Source: a virus (Duplodnaviria > Caudoviricetes). Taken from it: 57,879 nucleotides of DNA. Location of the stretch: positions 1-57,879 of the IMG/VR virus record IMGVR_UViG_3300028571_002227. The stretch is one strand, 5' to 3'. The position numbers and the translations under genes are program-made. Each line of letters begins with the position of its first letter. The stretch's first letter is position 1. Shown in pieces: positions 8,970 through 17,918 of this stretch. Below the pieces are notes generated by a model. The model was not told the DNA's origin and ran no database searches. It saw only the letters and a list, made by a program, of their open reading frames with translations.

Positions 8970-9353
8970 CTATTTTGAAGTATTTTTAACTTCAATCTCG
9001 ATTAAGTGAGTTTCAAAATCATTGCCTAATGATTTACCCAACCATTCAAAAGCTCGTTTTAAATCGATGTCAGGGGCATTAGCAAGCCAAATAACTCCCT
9101 GGGCTTCTTGCAATGCACATTCAACTACAATGCAACCCAAGTCGTACTCATCGCTTTTTTCTTTGTCACATTTTACAAAAAATGTTTGCTCCAAGATTTC
9201 ATTCTTAACCGTAAATCCATCGTGAACCATTTGGACAGACTCATTAATCAAAGTAAGCCCAGTTTGTTTTAACACTTCAAGGTTATCTCTGACCCATTCT
9301 TCAAGCCCGTAATGCTCATCAAAGTTTGCCATAATAGTAATTTTTTGCTTCAT
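8970..9353 (-). CDS. Degenerate PD-(D/E)xK-like domain of the type found N-terminal to DUF4268
   Basis: EEWVRDNLEVL...KSDEYDLG...AQGVIWLA...AFEWL...HLIEIEV pattern; expected IENQ motif replaced by VKCD. Confidence 0.5.
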   Translation of the reverse strand: MKQKITIMANFDEHYGLEEWVRDNLEVLKQTGLTLINESVQMVHDGFTVKNEILEQTFFVKCDKEKSDEYDLGCIVVECALQEAQGVIWLANAPDIDLKRAFEWLGKSLGNDFETHLIEIEVKNTSK

Positions 9354-9526
9354 CTAAAACACCTTTCGTTAGTTCGTTTGGAGTTTAGCTTGTAAGTGCT
9401 TAAAAAAGTTTAAATATGTTGCTTTTATTAAGTTAAATATTAATTTTAATTTATTTATTTGTGTTTCTTGCATATTAAACTTACAATCATAGAATATTAT
9501 TTACTAAAATTATTTAAGGAGCTTTT

Positions 9527-10429
9527 TTGAATCAACGCAAAGAAAAAGGTGGCTTGCATTTATTTAATAGAAAATCGGGTACTCACATCTTGTTAGACGA
9601 ATTGAACTTTTCAGAAAATGAAATATCAAAGTCTCCTAGAACAATAAGTATAGCGGTTACAAATGTTTGCAATCTGAATTGCCCATTCTGTTATGCCCCC
9701 AAAAATCATAATTCACTACCACTCGATTTTTTAAAAAATGCAGTTAAAGAATTTGATAAATTAAAAGTTTTTGAAATAACGATAGGTGGCGGAGAGCCCT
9801 TCGCCTATCCTAATTTAGTCGAATTCTGCAAGTGGACATGGGAAAATACAAAATTAGGTATTAATATTACAACCAATGGTCAATTGTTAAATGAAAATAT
9901 TATTTCAGATTTAGAAGGTTATATTTCATCTATTCGTATATCTATAGAAGCGATAGGTGCGAAATATTCAAAAGTAAGAGGGGCGTCTTTTTCTAAAATC
10001 CAAGCAAGTATAAATTCATTAAAAGGAAAAATTCCAATGTCTATTAATTGCGTTGTCTTAAAAAATAATGTTGACAATTTGATTGAAGTAATAGAATTTG
10101 CAATGAAAAACTCTATTTATGATGTTTTAATTATTGCAGAACACAATAAAGGATTATCCGTATTGGATGAAAAAGAATTACACAAAATTGAAAATATTAT
10201 TCTTGAATATAAAGATAAGATCCAATTAACCTTAACTGATGAACTTGCAAAATTATTAGATATAAATATACTTTCCGATGGTGATACTGAAGAATATGGA
10301 TTTGCCCATCTTTCCTCGGATAAAAAAATAAAACAAAATTCATTTGCAATAGATGGAATAAAAATAAATGATATAAGTGATATAAAAGACGCATTCATTA
10401 AGTTATATAAAAATAAGGAGGTTGTATGA
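9527..10429 (+). CDS. Radical SAM protein
   Basis: CNLNCPFC (CX3CX2C), GGGEPF, ITTNG; no SPASM cysteines; TTG start with AAGGAG. Confidence 0.88.
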   Translation: MNQRKEKGGLHLFNRKSGTHILLDELNFSENEISKSPRTISIAVTNVCNLNCPFCYAPKNHNSLPLDFLKNAVKEFDKLKVFEITIGGGEPFAYPNLVEFCKWTWENTKLGINITTNGQLLNENIISDLEGYISSIRISIEAIGAKYSKVRGASFSKIQASINSLKGKIPMSINCVVLKNNVDNLIEVIEFAMKNSIYDVLIIAEHNKGLSVLDEKELHKIENIILEYKDKIQLTLTDELAKLLDINILSDGDTEEYGFAHLSSDKKIKQNSFAIDGIKINDISDIKDAFIKLYKNKEVV

Positions 10430-10791
10430 AAATTTGGAAAACATTTGCAGCTGAACATTCAGCTAAATTAAAAATTGTTGGTTCTTTTAAAACAGAAGAA
10501 GATTTAGAAAAAGTTAAGGAAATTATTGAAGCTTTTTTAGAAATTGATACGCATGAACAACCAACTAAAGAAGACTATTATACTGACAAAGTTATGGATA
10601 TTTTTAAAAAATATAATTTTTCAGTAGCTCCAGAAGATGTTAAGCATTTTAATCATTTACATAGTATAAATTACGATGATAATCAAATTGAAATATTTAC
10701 AGATGAACTAGAAATTCAAGGATTAATTAGCCTGATGATTCAAAAGGGAGCTAAAATTGAAATGTATAGTCAGCATAATTATCCAGGTTAA
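10426..10791 (+). CDS. DUF6375-like protein coupled to the radical SAM gene
   Basis: MKIW...EHS..L.IVGSFK N-terminus and GAKIEMYSQHNYP C-terminus recalled from this family; ATGA overlap. Confidence 0.55.
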   Translation: MKIWKTFAAEHSAKLKIVGSFKTEEDLEKVKEIIEAFLEIDTHEQPTKEDYYTDKVMDIFKKYNFSVAPEDVKHFNHLHSINYDDNQIEIFTDELEIQGLISLMIQKGAKIEMYSQHNYPG

Positions 10792-10810
10792 TCATTGCGT
10801 TTAACGAATT

Positions 10811-11143
10811 TCAATAAAATAAAATTTCTTCAGTATATTTTTTTAATCTTTGAACATCTGACTTGAATTCATTCTCTGCGGCGGATGCGTTATGCCTGTA
10901 AGTGACATGGTGGCTGAGTCCGTTTGGTGTTTTCATTTCAGAATAAGGGATTGAATAAATTAGCTCCCATTTTTCATCTTTCAAAATATAAGCCCTTGCG
11001 TAGCATTGCATATCAAAGGAATCTGATTTGATTTCAAGTTTTATTTTTTTATTTTCCAATCCATAAATTTCTCTAAAATTTACGGACTGAGACCCTTTAT
11101 AAGTGATTTTTTCGATTGTTATTTCTTTTATTTTTTTTGACAT
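10811..11143 (-). CDS. Hypothetical accessory protein (start MSKKIK)
   Basis: RBS TAAGGAG within repeat A1 ahead of ATG at 11143. Confidence 0.65.
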   Translation of the reverse strand: MSKKIKEITIEKITYKGSQSVNFREIYGLENKKIKLEIKSDSFDMQCYARAYILKDEKWELIYSIPYSEMKTPNGLSHHVTYRHNASAAENEFKSDVQRLKKYTEEILFY

Positions 11144-11147
11144 GGCG

Positions 11148-11211
11148 TTCTCCTTAATCTCTCTATTCATGCGGGTTTAGGATTGGGGCAAATTGTGCCA
11201 CTAACCTCTTT
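11148..11211 (-). repeat. Intergenic repeat A, copy 1 (dyad + RBS)
   Basis: 55/64 identical to 11622-11685. Confidence 0.85.
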
Positions 11212-11213
11212 TT

Positions 11214-11420
11214 TTATTCTTCGACTGGGGCTATATTATCCATCGCTGTGTTATATTTTTTACCATTTTCATCAACGCAGGTGGCGAATGGAATATCAAC
11301 AGGACCATCGGAGTTCCAAAAGGTGTTATCCCAAGTATAAATAAGTAAACCTAATGATTTTTTTTCGTGATTATAAATCTTAGTACCATAAAGTAAATTG
11401 TTTTGATTTTTAAGTGTCAT
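11214..11420 (-). CDS. Small hypothetical accessory protein (start MTLKNQ)
   Basis: RBS AAAGGAG; lies downstream of repeat B1. Confidence 0.65.
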   Translation of the reverse strand: MTLKNQNNLLYGTKIYNHEKKSLGLLIYTWDNTFWNSDGPVDIPFATCVDENGKKYNTAMDNIAPVEE

Positions 11421-11445
11421 AATTTTGTCTCCTTTGTTGTTCATC

Positions 11446-11517
11446 TACAATGACATTAATCCCTCTTCCCAATTGGAATTGGAAGTCATTGTGGCTATTC
11501 CGAATCATTCCTACACA
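11446..11517 (-). promoter_or_regulatory. Intergenic repeat B, copy 1 (promoter-like)
   Basis: 54/72 identical and ungapped to 12523-12594; conserved blocks GAATGATnCGGAATAG, TTCCAAT, GAGGGATTAATGT on minus strand. Confidence 0.7.
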
Positions 11518-11621
11518 TTAGTTTTACTTGGTATCTTCAATTTTGTAATAGCATTTGTTTTACACTTCTGCCTTTATGCTTTTTAAAACTCAATTTTTAT
11601 TACATATTATTTAACATAGTA

Positions 11622-11685
11622 TTCTCCTTAAGCTCTTTATCCATGAAGGTTTAGGATGGGGGCAAATTGTGCCCACAACCTCTTT
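11622..11685 (-). repeat. Intergenic repeat A, copy 2
   Basis: Matches 11148-11211; its RBS leads to an ATG at 11617 that stops after 5 codons (decayed gene). Confidence 0.85.
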
Positions 11686-11686
11686 C

Positions 11687-12502
11687 TTATAAATACTTTG
11701 TAAATGTACTTTTAAAATCTTCCGCCGTTCTGATTTGGTCTTTTATTGCGGATCCCCAATTTTCCTCATTGGTAATATCAATAGAATAAACTTTTCTTAT
11801 TCTGCTTGATTTTTTACCTTTGAGTTCCTGCCAATCAAGCTCTCCAAGTTGTTTCTCGATTTTTTCTTTTGATTTTTCTAATGAGTAAAATATTTCTTTA
11901 TTGTTGTTAATCAATAATTCGCAGCCGACGCAGTTTTGTTGAGTATTAATTGTTAATTGGATTGAAACTCCTGCCTTGCCTATCGGAATATATTGCCAAT
12001 GTTGGGAAGCAGGTTTTACCTGCAAATCACTTTCTAATTTGTCGCAAATTTCAAAATATTTTGTCCAATAATTTAATTGAAGTTGTTTTGTATCGGTTTC
12101 GGAATTCCGTTTCGCAGTCTTGTGAGGTTGGGCAAGCGTTTCAAATGCCATTTTATTGCCATTTAAATAGGCTTTGAATAAGAAAATGCCACAACCTTTT
12201 ACTAAAAATAAATTTAAACTTTTAATACTTTGAACCAAGTTTTCTTTTTCGTTTGCAACAATCCAAACAATAAACGGCGGTTGCTTGTATTTTTGAATTT
12301 CAGCTAACGTATTGACAAACGTATCTGCACTTTGAGTTAATTCTGCCACTGTAGCAATAACTTTGCCGTCTGCTTGAGGATAATCAGCTAATGTTCTAAT
12401 AATGTCACCTTTGTTACAGTCTCTAACAAAATCTTCAAAGTTTTTTCGACTTTTGAATGCCTGCTCTGCGGTGAGGGATAATGTTTCTGTGCTTTTGTCC
12501 AT
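11687..12502 (-). CDS. DUF4268 domain protein with degenerate N-terminal nuclease-like domain
   Basis: C-terminal LQLNYW...QHWQYIPIG...KIEKQLGELDWQELKGKKSSRI. Confidence 0.75.
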   Translation of the reverse strand: MDKSTETLSLTAEQAFKSRKNFEDFVRDCNKGDIIRTLADYPQADGKVIATVAELTQSADTFVNTLAEIQKYKQPPFIVWIVANEKENLVQSIKSLNLFLVKGCGIFLFKAYLNGNKMAFETLAQPHKTAKRNSETDTKQLQLNYWTKYFEICDKLESDLQVKPASQHWQYIPIGKAGVSIQLTINTQQNCVGCELLINNNKEIFYSLEKSKEKIEKQLGELDWQELKGKKSSRIRKVYSIDITNEENWGSAIKDQIRTAEDFKSTFTKYL

Positions 12503-12522
12503 AATTATTCTCCTATTATTTG

Positions 12523-12594
12523 TACAATCACATTAATCCCTCGTAGCATTGCAGATTGGAACTTGTTTTAACTATTCCGTATCATTCAGACACA
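12523..12594 (-). promoter_or_regulatory. Intergenic repeat B, copy 2 (promoter-like)
   Basis: Matches 11446-11517; directly upstream of the DUF4268 gene RBS. Confidence 0.7.
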
Positions 12595-12630
12595 ATAATT
12601 TGCTCTAATTCACCTGTTTTAGGCTGTTTT

Positions 12631-12664
12631 GGTTAGTGGTACAATTTACCACTAACCTCTTTTT
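12631..12664. terminator. Hairpin at end of late operon, related to the repeat A dyad
   Basis: GGTTAGTGGTA-caatt-TACCACTAACC-TCTTTTT perfect 11-bp stem; shares CCACTAACCTCTTT with repeat A1. Confidence 0.65.
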
Positions 12665-12665
12665 A

Positions 12666-12911
12666 TTAATCCGTTTTATTAAATTGTTTAATCAATGAAT
12701 TTAATTTGTGTATGTCAAATTTAGACATCAAACTTTGATACTTGAGGGCAATTTGAATAATTTGTTCTGCAATATCTGCAGCTTTTTTTAAATCTCTTTT
12801 GTCATCAATAATCTCAGTTTCATCCTGATTTTCAGTTTTTACTCTTTTATAACTGAAAAATTGAGCTAAACAATTTAATAACGCCTGAACGCTTGCTTGA
12901 ATTCCGAACAT
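12666..12911 (-). CDS. Hypothetical protein of lysis module
   Basis: RBS GGAGG; downstream of endolysin. Confidence 0.65.
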   Translation of the reverse strand: MFGIQASVQALLNCLAQFFSYKRVKTENQDETEIIDDKRDLKKAADIAEQIIQIALKYQSLMSKFDIHKLNSLIKQFNKTD

Positions 12912-12919
12912 TTTTCCTC

Positions 12920-13201
12920 CTATGCTCTAAGTTTTTCGACAAAACCAAGCAAAGAATTCGCAAAAGTTTCGAGTGCTGAAACTCCTTGATTAAAACAATA
13001 ATTATCAAGCTCATTCGGTGTTTCTTTAATTTTAGCTTTGAGCTTAAATAAACTGTCTATTGTAGGTTGAGTGTACTTTGCAAGATTTTCATAAAGCAGC
13101 GTAATTGTTTTTGGCACTTGTTGTTTGACTAAGTTTTCAACAAAAGGCTTAATTGCGGCCCATAACTCGTTAAGATTTTTCCATTTTGAAAATAATGTCA
13201 T
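12920..13201 (-). CDS. Hypothetical protein of lysis module
   Basis: RBS AAGGA; co-oriented with endolysin. Confidence 0.65.
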   Translation of the reverse strand: MTLFSKWKNLNELWAAIKPFVENLVKQQVPKTITLLYENLAKYTQPTIDSLFKLKAKIKETPNELDNYCFNQGVSALETFANSLLGFVEKLRA

Positions 13202-13216
13202 AAGTTTTTCCTTTCT

Positions 13217-13732
13217 TTAAACTGTAACTTTTCCATTTTTGATTTGTATAATGTACCAATCAATTTTATTCCTGAGGTAATCACCCCCTTTTTCAACTGC
13301 TATATTCGGTAAGAACTGAAAGTAAGTAAAATCAATCTTTCCATAGCTTGTAGTTTTTGGATGTTTTTGTCCAAACTCATGATGCGTAAACACAGTCTCA
13401 GGTGAAACCTTAATTCCGTATTTAATGCAAAGTTCTGCCGCCAACTTGCAGAAAGCTTCAATCTGAACTTTTGTAAGAGGGTAAGCAGTCTTTTTATCTT
13501 TTAAATTAAATCCCGCCATTCCGAGTGCAGACAAACCTATACAACCTGTATTACCGCCTCCGCAATGCATTGCATATTGATTAGGCTTGCAGATTATGTT
13601 GCATTCAGGCTTAAAATGCCCCGGATAGACTTTCCCATCCTTATCAACCAAAAAGTGGTAGGCTTTAAAATCGACCTCGCAAGGGTAAGATGCTCCGGCG
13701 CTCCAGTGTAAACAAATTTTAGTTAATGACAT
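13217..13732 (-). CDS. Endolysin, N-acetylmuramoyl-L-alanine amidase (Amidase_2)
   Basis: ICLHWSAG, YHFLVD, HCGGGN, VFTHHE motifs; start MSLTKI with GAGGTG RBS. Confidence 0.85.
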   Translation of the reverse strand: MSLTKICLHWSAGASYPCEVDFKAYHFLVDKDGKVYPGHFKPECNIICKPNQYAMHCGGGNTGCIGLSALGMAGFNLKDKKTAYPLTKVQIEAFCKLAAELCIKYGIKVSPETVFTHHEFGQKHPKTTSYGKIDFTYFQFLPNIAVEKGGDYLRNKIDWYIIQIKNGKVTV

Positions 13733-14036
13733 AATTTCCCACCTCATTTCTGGCATTTTGCCGTTGTTGTAGTAGTTCCAAATATTCATCTTTAGAGAGC
13801 GTTGTTGCAATGCTTAGAGCAAGTTGGTCTTGATGTCTAAGCACTTTCCAATCTGTTGATTTTAGAAGCTCCAAACCTTCTGATGAACTTGTTTTCCCTA
13901 AAAGTTCATCAATGTTTAAAACCCATTCACCATTTGTATAAATCGCATTTTCATGTGGGCGAACAGGAACAATGATGTCATTTAGCAACACCGTTTCCGT
14001 AAAAATATATTCACCGTTTCTAATAACTGATTCCAT
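13719..14036 (-). CDS. Tail fibre assembly/chaperone protein
   Basis: LKSTDWKVLR...RQNARN motif; follows tail fibre. Confidence 0.7.
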   Translation of the reverse strand: MESVIRNGEYIFTETVLLNDIIVPVRPHENAIYTNGEWVLNIDELLGKTSSSEGLELLKSTDWKVLRHQDQLALSIATTLSKDEYLELLQQRQNARNEVGNYVIN

Positions 14037-16216
14037 TAAAAGCTCCTTTCAATTTGCAACACTAGTGAGGCATTGCTTGTTATTGTTCGATTTACGCCGT
14101 TATAATCTTTGTATTGCATCAAGTTTCCGGGCGTTCTGACGTAAAACAAGCAGTCATCGACATAAAAGCCATAGTTACTGACCTCAAAGCTATAATCTAT
14201 AACTGAATGAACGCACCACGGCATAATGAAGCCGTTTGCAATATCTTTTATCCAGGCGTTTATTTTTACATTTTTGTAATCGTGTCCGAGGTTGTGAGAA
14301 AAAGCGTAGGTTGAATTTATTCCCAAGAATATTTCTTCACTGATATATTTACTTTCTGGTGCATAGCATTGAACCTCTTTTACAAAGTTATGCTCTGTTT
14401 TAATTCTTCCGATGAAATTAATTTCTTTTTCTTCATATTGTTTGCTTACGGAATTGTATAAATAGAACTTGTTTTCAGGTATAACAAAACAGTAGGCAAG
14501 TTCAAACATCTCAAATCTTGCAACTTGAGCATTAAGTCCCGGATTTTCTAACTCAGTTATTTCAAGCTGAAACTTTGAACAATTTTCTATTGCTTCAGCA
14601 TCAAAATATCGAACTTGATTTGCAGTCCATCCGGTTTGATTTGTGATTTTTGCAAGGATTATCCATTCAGTACCGTTAAAGCCTTTGATATATCCGTTTT
14701 TAACACATCCGGTAGGTCCATCAATAGAAGCCGTAATCCCAAAGCGTGCCATCTTTCTAAAAGTTGGGAAATCGAACTGCAACCATTGATTATTTCCAAC
14801 TACTAGTGCCAACCACTTTGAAGTCAAGTTGCTGTCATAAGCAGAACAAGCGGGGTATCCGCCATAGCAAGTGCTTGCAGAGCATAAATAATTATGTTTA
14901 AATTCAGTGCTCGTAGTATTTGAAATCATTGACGGTACAGAATTTCTTGCAGAATGTTTTTGTCGCTTTGTCGTATAAACAGGTTGGGCGGTTGTTACAA
15001 CAGGCTTAACCTCTCCATTTTCCTGTTTTTCAATACCTATGTACATCATCGAATTGTTTAACAAATTTTCGAGCATAAACGAGTCGGCAATGGCACGCAT
15101 TTCGTTTGTTTTACCTTTTAGGCTCATACCTTTTCCATTATTCAATAGTAAAGGTTTTGCCACGGATAACTCTATTTTTGCAGTCATTGGGGCATAGTCA
15201 TTTTGGGCTTCATAAAATTGGAGCATCCCAATTGCAACATACGTACCGCCACTAATTGCCGTAATGTTTATTCTGTAATACTTGAATTTTGCAGAGTAAT
15301 TGAGGGCGAAGTACCTCATTTCATTTTGACACCAGTCGCAAACATTGACATAATCTCCTAGCAATTCCCAGTTTGTGTCATCATTACTGCCTTCTATTTT
15401 AAAGTCACGAGGCGAAGATGCTGGTGCATCCGTCCCATTTCTTGCAGTTATAGAAAACCCTACAACCTTTGGAGTTCTGGCTAAAAATTGAGCTTTCAAC
15501 CATCCTGTCGGGACTCCGCTTGTGGTTAGCCAGCCGAGAGCATCAACATTTGTACCCCTAAACGCACTTTGAGGAAGATAGGATGCACTGTATGAAGAAC
15601 TTCCAGTTATAAAACAAACGTCGGATGGATTAACTGTCATTGCAGGGATTATTCCGCCTGTAAATTCTATTTTTTTAATAAAATCTGCTCTACCGTTATC
15701 ATTCTTCGGGCAATCTAAAATACATTGGGATAAAAATGAATTTGTATGTTCTTCTTTTTTAGTAAAATAATTTATTTCTTTGACATTATCGCCATTAAAA
15801 TAATAAATTCCGATATCGCCTGCAAAACAGAGCTTATCGACATTATTTTGTAAAATTAGATTGACACTATTTCTCAACATTCGTGATTGAGAAAATTCAA
15901 GAATTACAATTCCACTTTGAAGCCCCACAATTTGTGATATTGAGGATGTTCCGTTAATTATAAAATAGTTTGTTTCATTTGTTAGAGTTAATATTTCTGT
16001 TCCACAGTTTATTTCAACGGGCTTGTTTAATTGCAAGGCACCTGTCAAAACCCCGCCTGATTTATCAAGATGGGTTCCAATTGTGTTTTGAATAGTTGAA
16101 ATTTTTTCTTCGTGTTCGTTATTTGATATTCTCAAGTTCTCAAAATTCTGATTAACTTGTGCGGACCTCGCTTTTTCGCCAGAGTTAAATTGTATTAATT
16201 CGTTAATAGTTGTCAT
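14036..16216 (-). CDS. Tail fibre/receptor-binding protein with two discoidin (F5/8 type C)-like domains
   Basis: SAQVNQNF N-terminus; PRDFKIEGSNDDTNW...YYRINIT and AYDSNLTSKW...QWLQFDF repeats. Confidence 0.75.
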   Translation of the reverse strand: MTTINELIQFNSGEKARSAQVNQNFENLRISNNEHEEKISTIQNTIGTHLDKSGGVLTGALQLNKPVEINCGTEILTLTNETNYFIINGTSSISQIVGLQSGIVILEFSQSRMLRNSVNLILQNNVDKLCFAGDIGIYYFNGDNVKEINYFTKKEEHTNSFLSQCILDCPKNDNGRADFIKKIEFTGGIIPAMTVNPSDVCFITGSSSYSASYLPQSAFRGTNVDALGWLTTSGVPTGWLKAQFLARTPKVVGFSITARNGTDAPASSPRDFKIEGSNDDTNWELLGDYVNVCDWCQNEMRYFALNYSAKFKYYRINITAISGGTYVAIGMLQFYEAQNDYAPMTAKIELSVAKPLLLNNGKGMSLKGKTNEMRAIADSFMLENLLNNSMMYIGIEKQENGEVKPVVTTAQPVYTTKRQKHSARNSVPSMISNTTSTEFKHNYLCSASTCYGGYPACSAYDSNLTSKWLALVVGNNQWLQFDFPTFRKMARFGITASIDGPTGCVKNGYIKGFNGTEWIILAKITNQTGWTANQVRYFDAEAIENCSKFQLEITELENPGLNAQVARFEMFELAYCFVIPENKFYLYNSVSKQYEEKEINFIGRIKTEHNFVKEVQCYAPESKYISEEIFLGINSTYAFSHNLGHDYKNVKINAWIKDIANGFIMPWCVHSVIDYSFEVSNYGFYVDDCLFYVRTPGNLMQYKDYNGVNRTITSNASLVLQIERSF

Positions 16217-16228
16217 ATTTTAGTCTCC

Positions 16229-17245
16229 TTAAATTCCTGTCGGTATATTTTTTCTCCAAATGGCAAGCCAATTAGCTGTTGGAGTATAGCGTTGTTCGCT
16301 GTTATAGCAAGTAATTGTCACTTTCGTTTCATCTTTGGTCCAATAGCAATAAAGAGAATCGTCCCCGTTGACCGTTCCTGAAAAATAAATAGTTCTTATC
16401 GATGGAATGAATGCTAATAAATCGCTCATAGTAAAGCCCATCGGAGGATAGATGTAGGTTGTTGTCCCCTCGTTAAATCCCGACTCAATGTGCATATTCT
16501 CAAAACTATGGATTTTTTCACTCGTTAGAATCTGAGTTAAATCGTGGGTATGCTCTTTATTTGCATATGGTTTTAAGTTTTCCTCGGGAACAATCCCTGC
16601 TTCATCAAGTACAAGAACATTATTCGCCTGATTTCCTGCATGGTGACCGTCTAACAAATCTGCGTTTAATGAATTACAAACTTGACCATTTGCCACCGCA
16701 AGATTGTTTTCATCGTTTCCTGCATGGTGGCCGTCTGTTTTGTCAGCATCAATCAATCTATAATGAGCGTTTGTATCTTTATTATGCAAATTCTCAAGAT
16801 AATCTTTTGATACGATTGAGATATTTGAATCTATTATCAGGTTTACATTTTCTACATTATCGACTTCAATAATTACTCTGATACAAAAATCACGAGTTGA
16901 ACCTTCATCTTCTGTTGGCTTGTAACTTTCTGGAACGACTCCTACGGCAATTAGCTCTCTATTGCCGTCAAAAATGCCGACTTCTCGGATATAATAACCT
17001 CCTGAAGTCGCAGGAATTAAGCATTCAATAATCAATCTGTTTGCATAATTAGAATCGATATAGATTTTTGAAATAGAGCTTCTGAAAGTTTCATTTACCA
17101 AACTTGCTTGAGTAACTTGAGGCTGGTAATATTCGCCATCCCCATCCCCGATTGCAAAATCTTTCATTTCCAAAAGTGTGTTGTTTGCATGTGCGGCAAC
17201 TAGTTTGTTTCTTCCGCTATTTGTTAGTAATGTATAATATTGCAT
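16229..17245 (-). CDS. Tail fibre protein (P2 gpH-like N-terminus)
   Basis: YYTLLTNSGR...AIGDGDG...GGYYIREVGIFD...PESYKP; ADLLDGHHA repeats. Confidence 0.85.
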   Translation of the reverse strand: MQYYTLLTNSGRNKLVAAHANNTLLEMKDFAIGDGDGEYYQPQVTQASLVNETFRSSISKIYIDSNYANRLIIECLIPATSGGYYIREVGIFDGNRELIAVGVVPESYKPTEDEGSTRDFCIRVIIEVDNVENVNLIIDSNISIVSKDYLENLHNKDTNAHYRLIDADKTDGHHAGNDENNLAVANGQVCNSLNADLLDGHHAGNQANNVLVLDEAGIVPEENLKPYANKEHTHDLTQILTSEKIHSFENMHIESGFNEGTTTYIYPPMGFTMSDLLAFIPSIRTIYFSGTVNGDDSLYCYWTKDETKVTITCYNSEQRYTPTANWLAIWRKNIPTGI

Positions 17246-17252
17246 AATTCTC

Positions 17253-17918
17253 CTATCCAAAACACCAAAGTGTTTCATCAAAATTGCACTCGTCCCAAAT
17301 AAGCTTGGGCAGGTTGACCTTTGTCTTATATTCCTTTGTCCAATAATTTTCATCCCAGTTATTTTCATCCCAAGTCAGAGATGTTAAATATGGATTAACG
17401 GTAACTGTTTCACCTGAAATTGATGCAGATTTGCATTTTGTAGAATCGGAGACAGAAGACAAAGAAATTTTCAAACTGAAAAGATGCGAACGGACATTTT
17501 TGTACTCGTTAATCAAATCTTCCAACTTATCAATCAATTCCATATCCAAACTTTTTGACATAAAATCAAGGTCGATTTTGAATGTAAAAGGCTCGCCGCC
17601 AAATTCAAACCATTCTTGGATATTACCCTCAACAGCGAACATATCAAAAATTTTATACAAAGCGTATTTTGTGCCTTTGTATCTGTGGATTTCTATCGCA
17701 CGTTTAATTAAATCTCTTTTTTCTGCCTCGTTTCGGGTCTGAAGCCAACCTTCATTCCCCATTATGTGGAATTGTTCTGCAAGATGAACAAGGGCCGATT
17801 CATTGACACTGTCTATCAAATAAACAAGCAGCACGTCAGTGTCCAGGTCCTGAAACCTTGTAAAAAGTTCATCAAAAACTTTTGAAGACATATCGTTTAA
17901 AGGGGTAATATCATTCAT
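17253..17918 (-). CDS. Tail protein I (P2 gpI-like baseplate wedge)
   Basis: LVHLAEQF...AIEIHRYKGT...EWFEFGGEPFTF...KNVRSHL. Confidence 0.88.
   Translation of the reverse strand: MNDITPLNDMSSKVFDELFTRFQDLDTDVLLVYLIDSVNESALVHLAEQFHIMGNEGWLQTRNEAEKRDLIKRAIEIHRYKGTKYALYKIFDMFAVEGNIQEWFEFGGEPFTFKIDLDFMSKSLDMELIDKLEDLINEYKNVRSHLFSLKISLSSVSDSTKCKSASISGETVTVNPYLTSLTWDENNWDENYWTKEYKTKVNLPKLIWDECNFDETLWCFG

Noticed and set aside
9527-10429. Prokaryotic viperin
   Set aside because: Motif context (CNLNCPFCYA, GGGEPF) looks like a generic radical SAM enzyme; viperin-specific features not recognised
11148-12664. CRISPR array or integron attC array
   Set aside because: Only 2-3 degenerate copies separated by whole genes; no cas genes, no IntI-type integrase, no clear RYYYAAC/GTTRRRY boxes
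14036-17245. Diversity-generating retroelement or Gin-type invertible tail fibre
   Set aside because: No reverse transcriptase or serine invertase; no template/variable repeat pair or inverted fibre copy noticed
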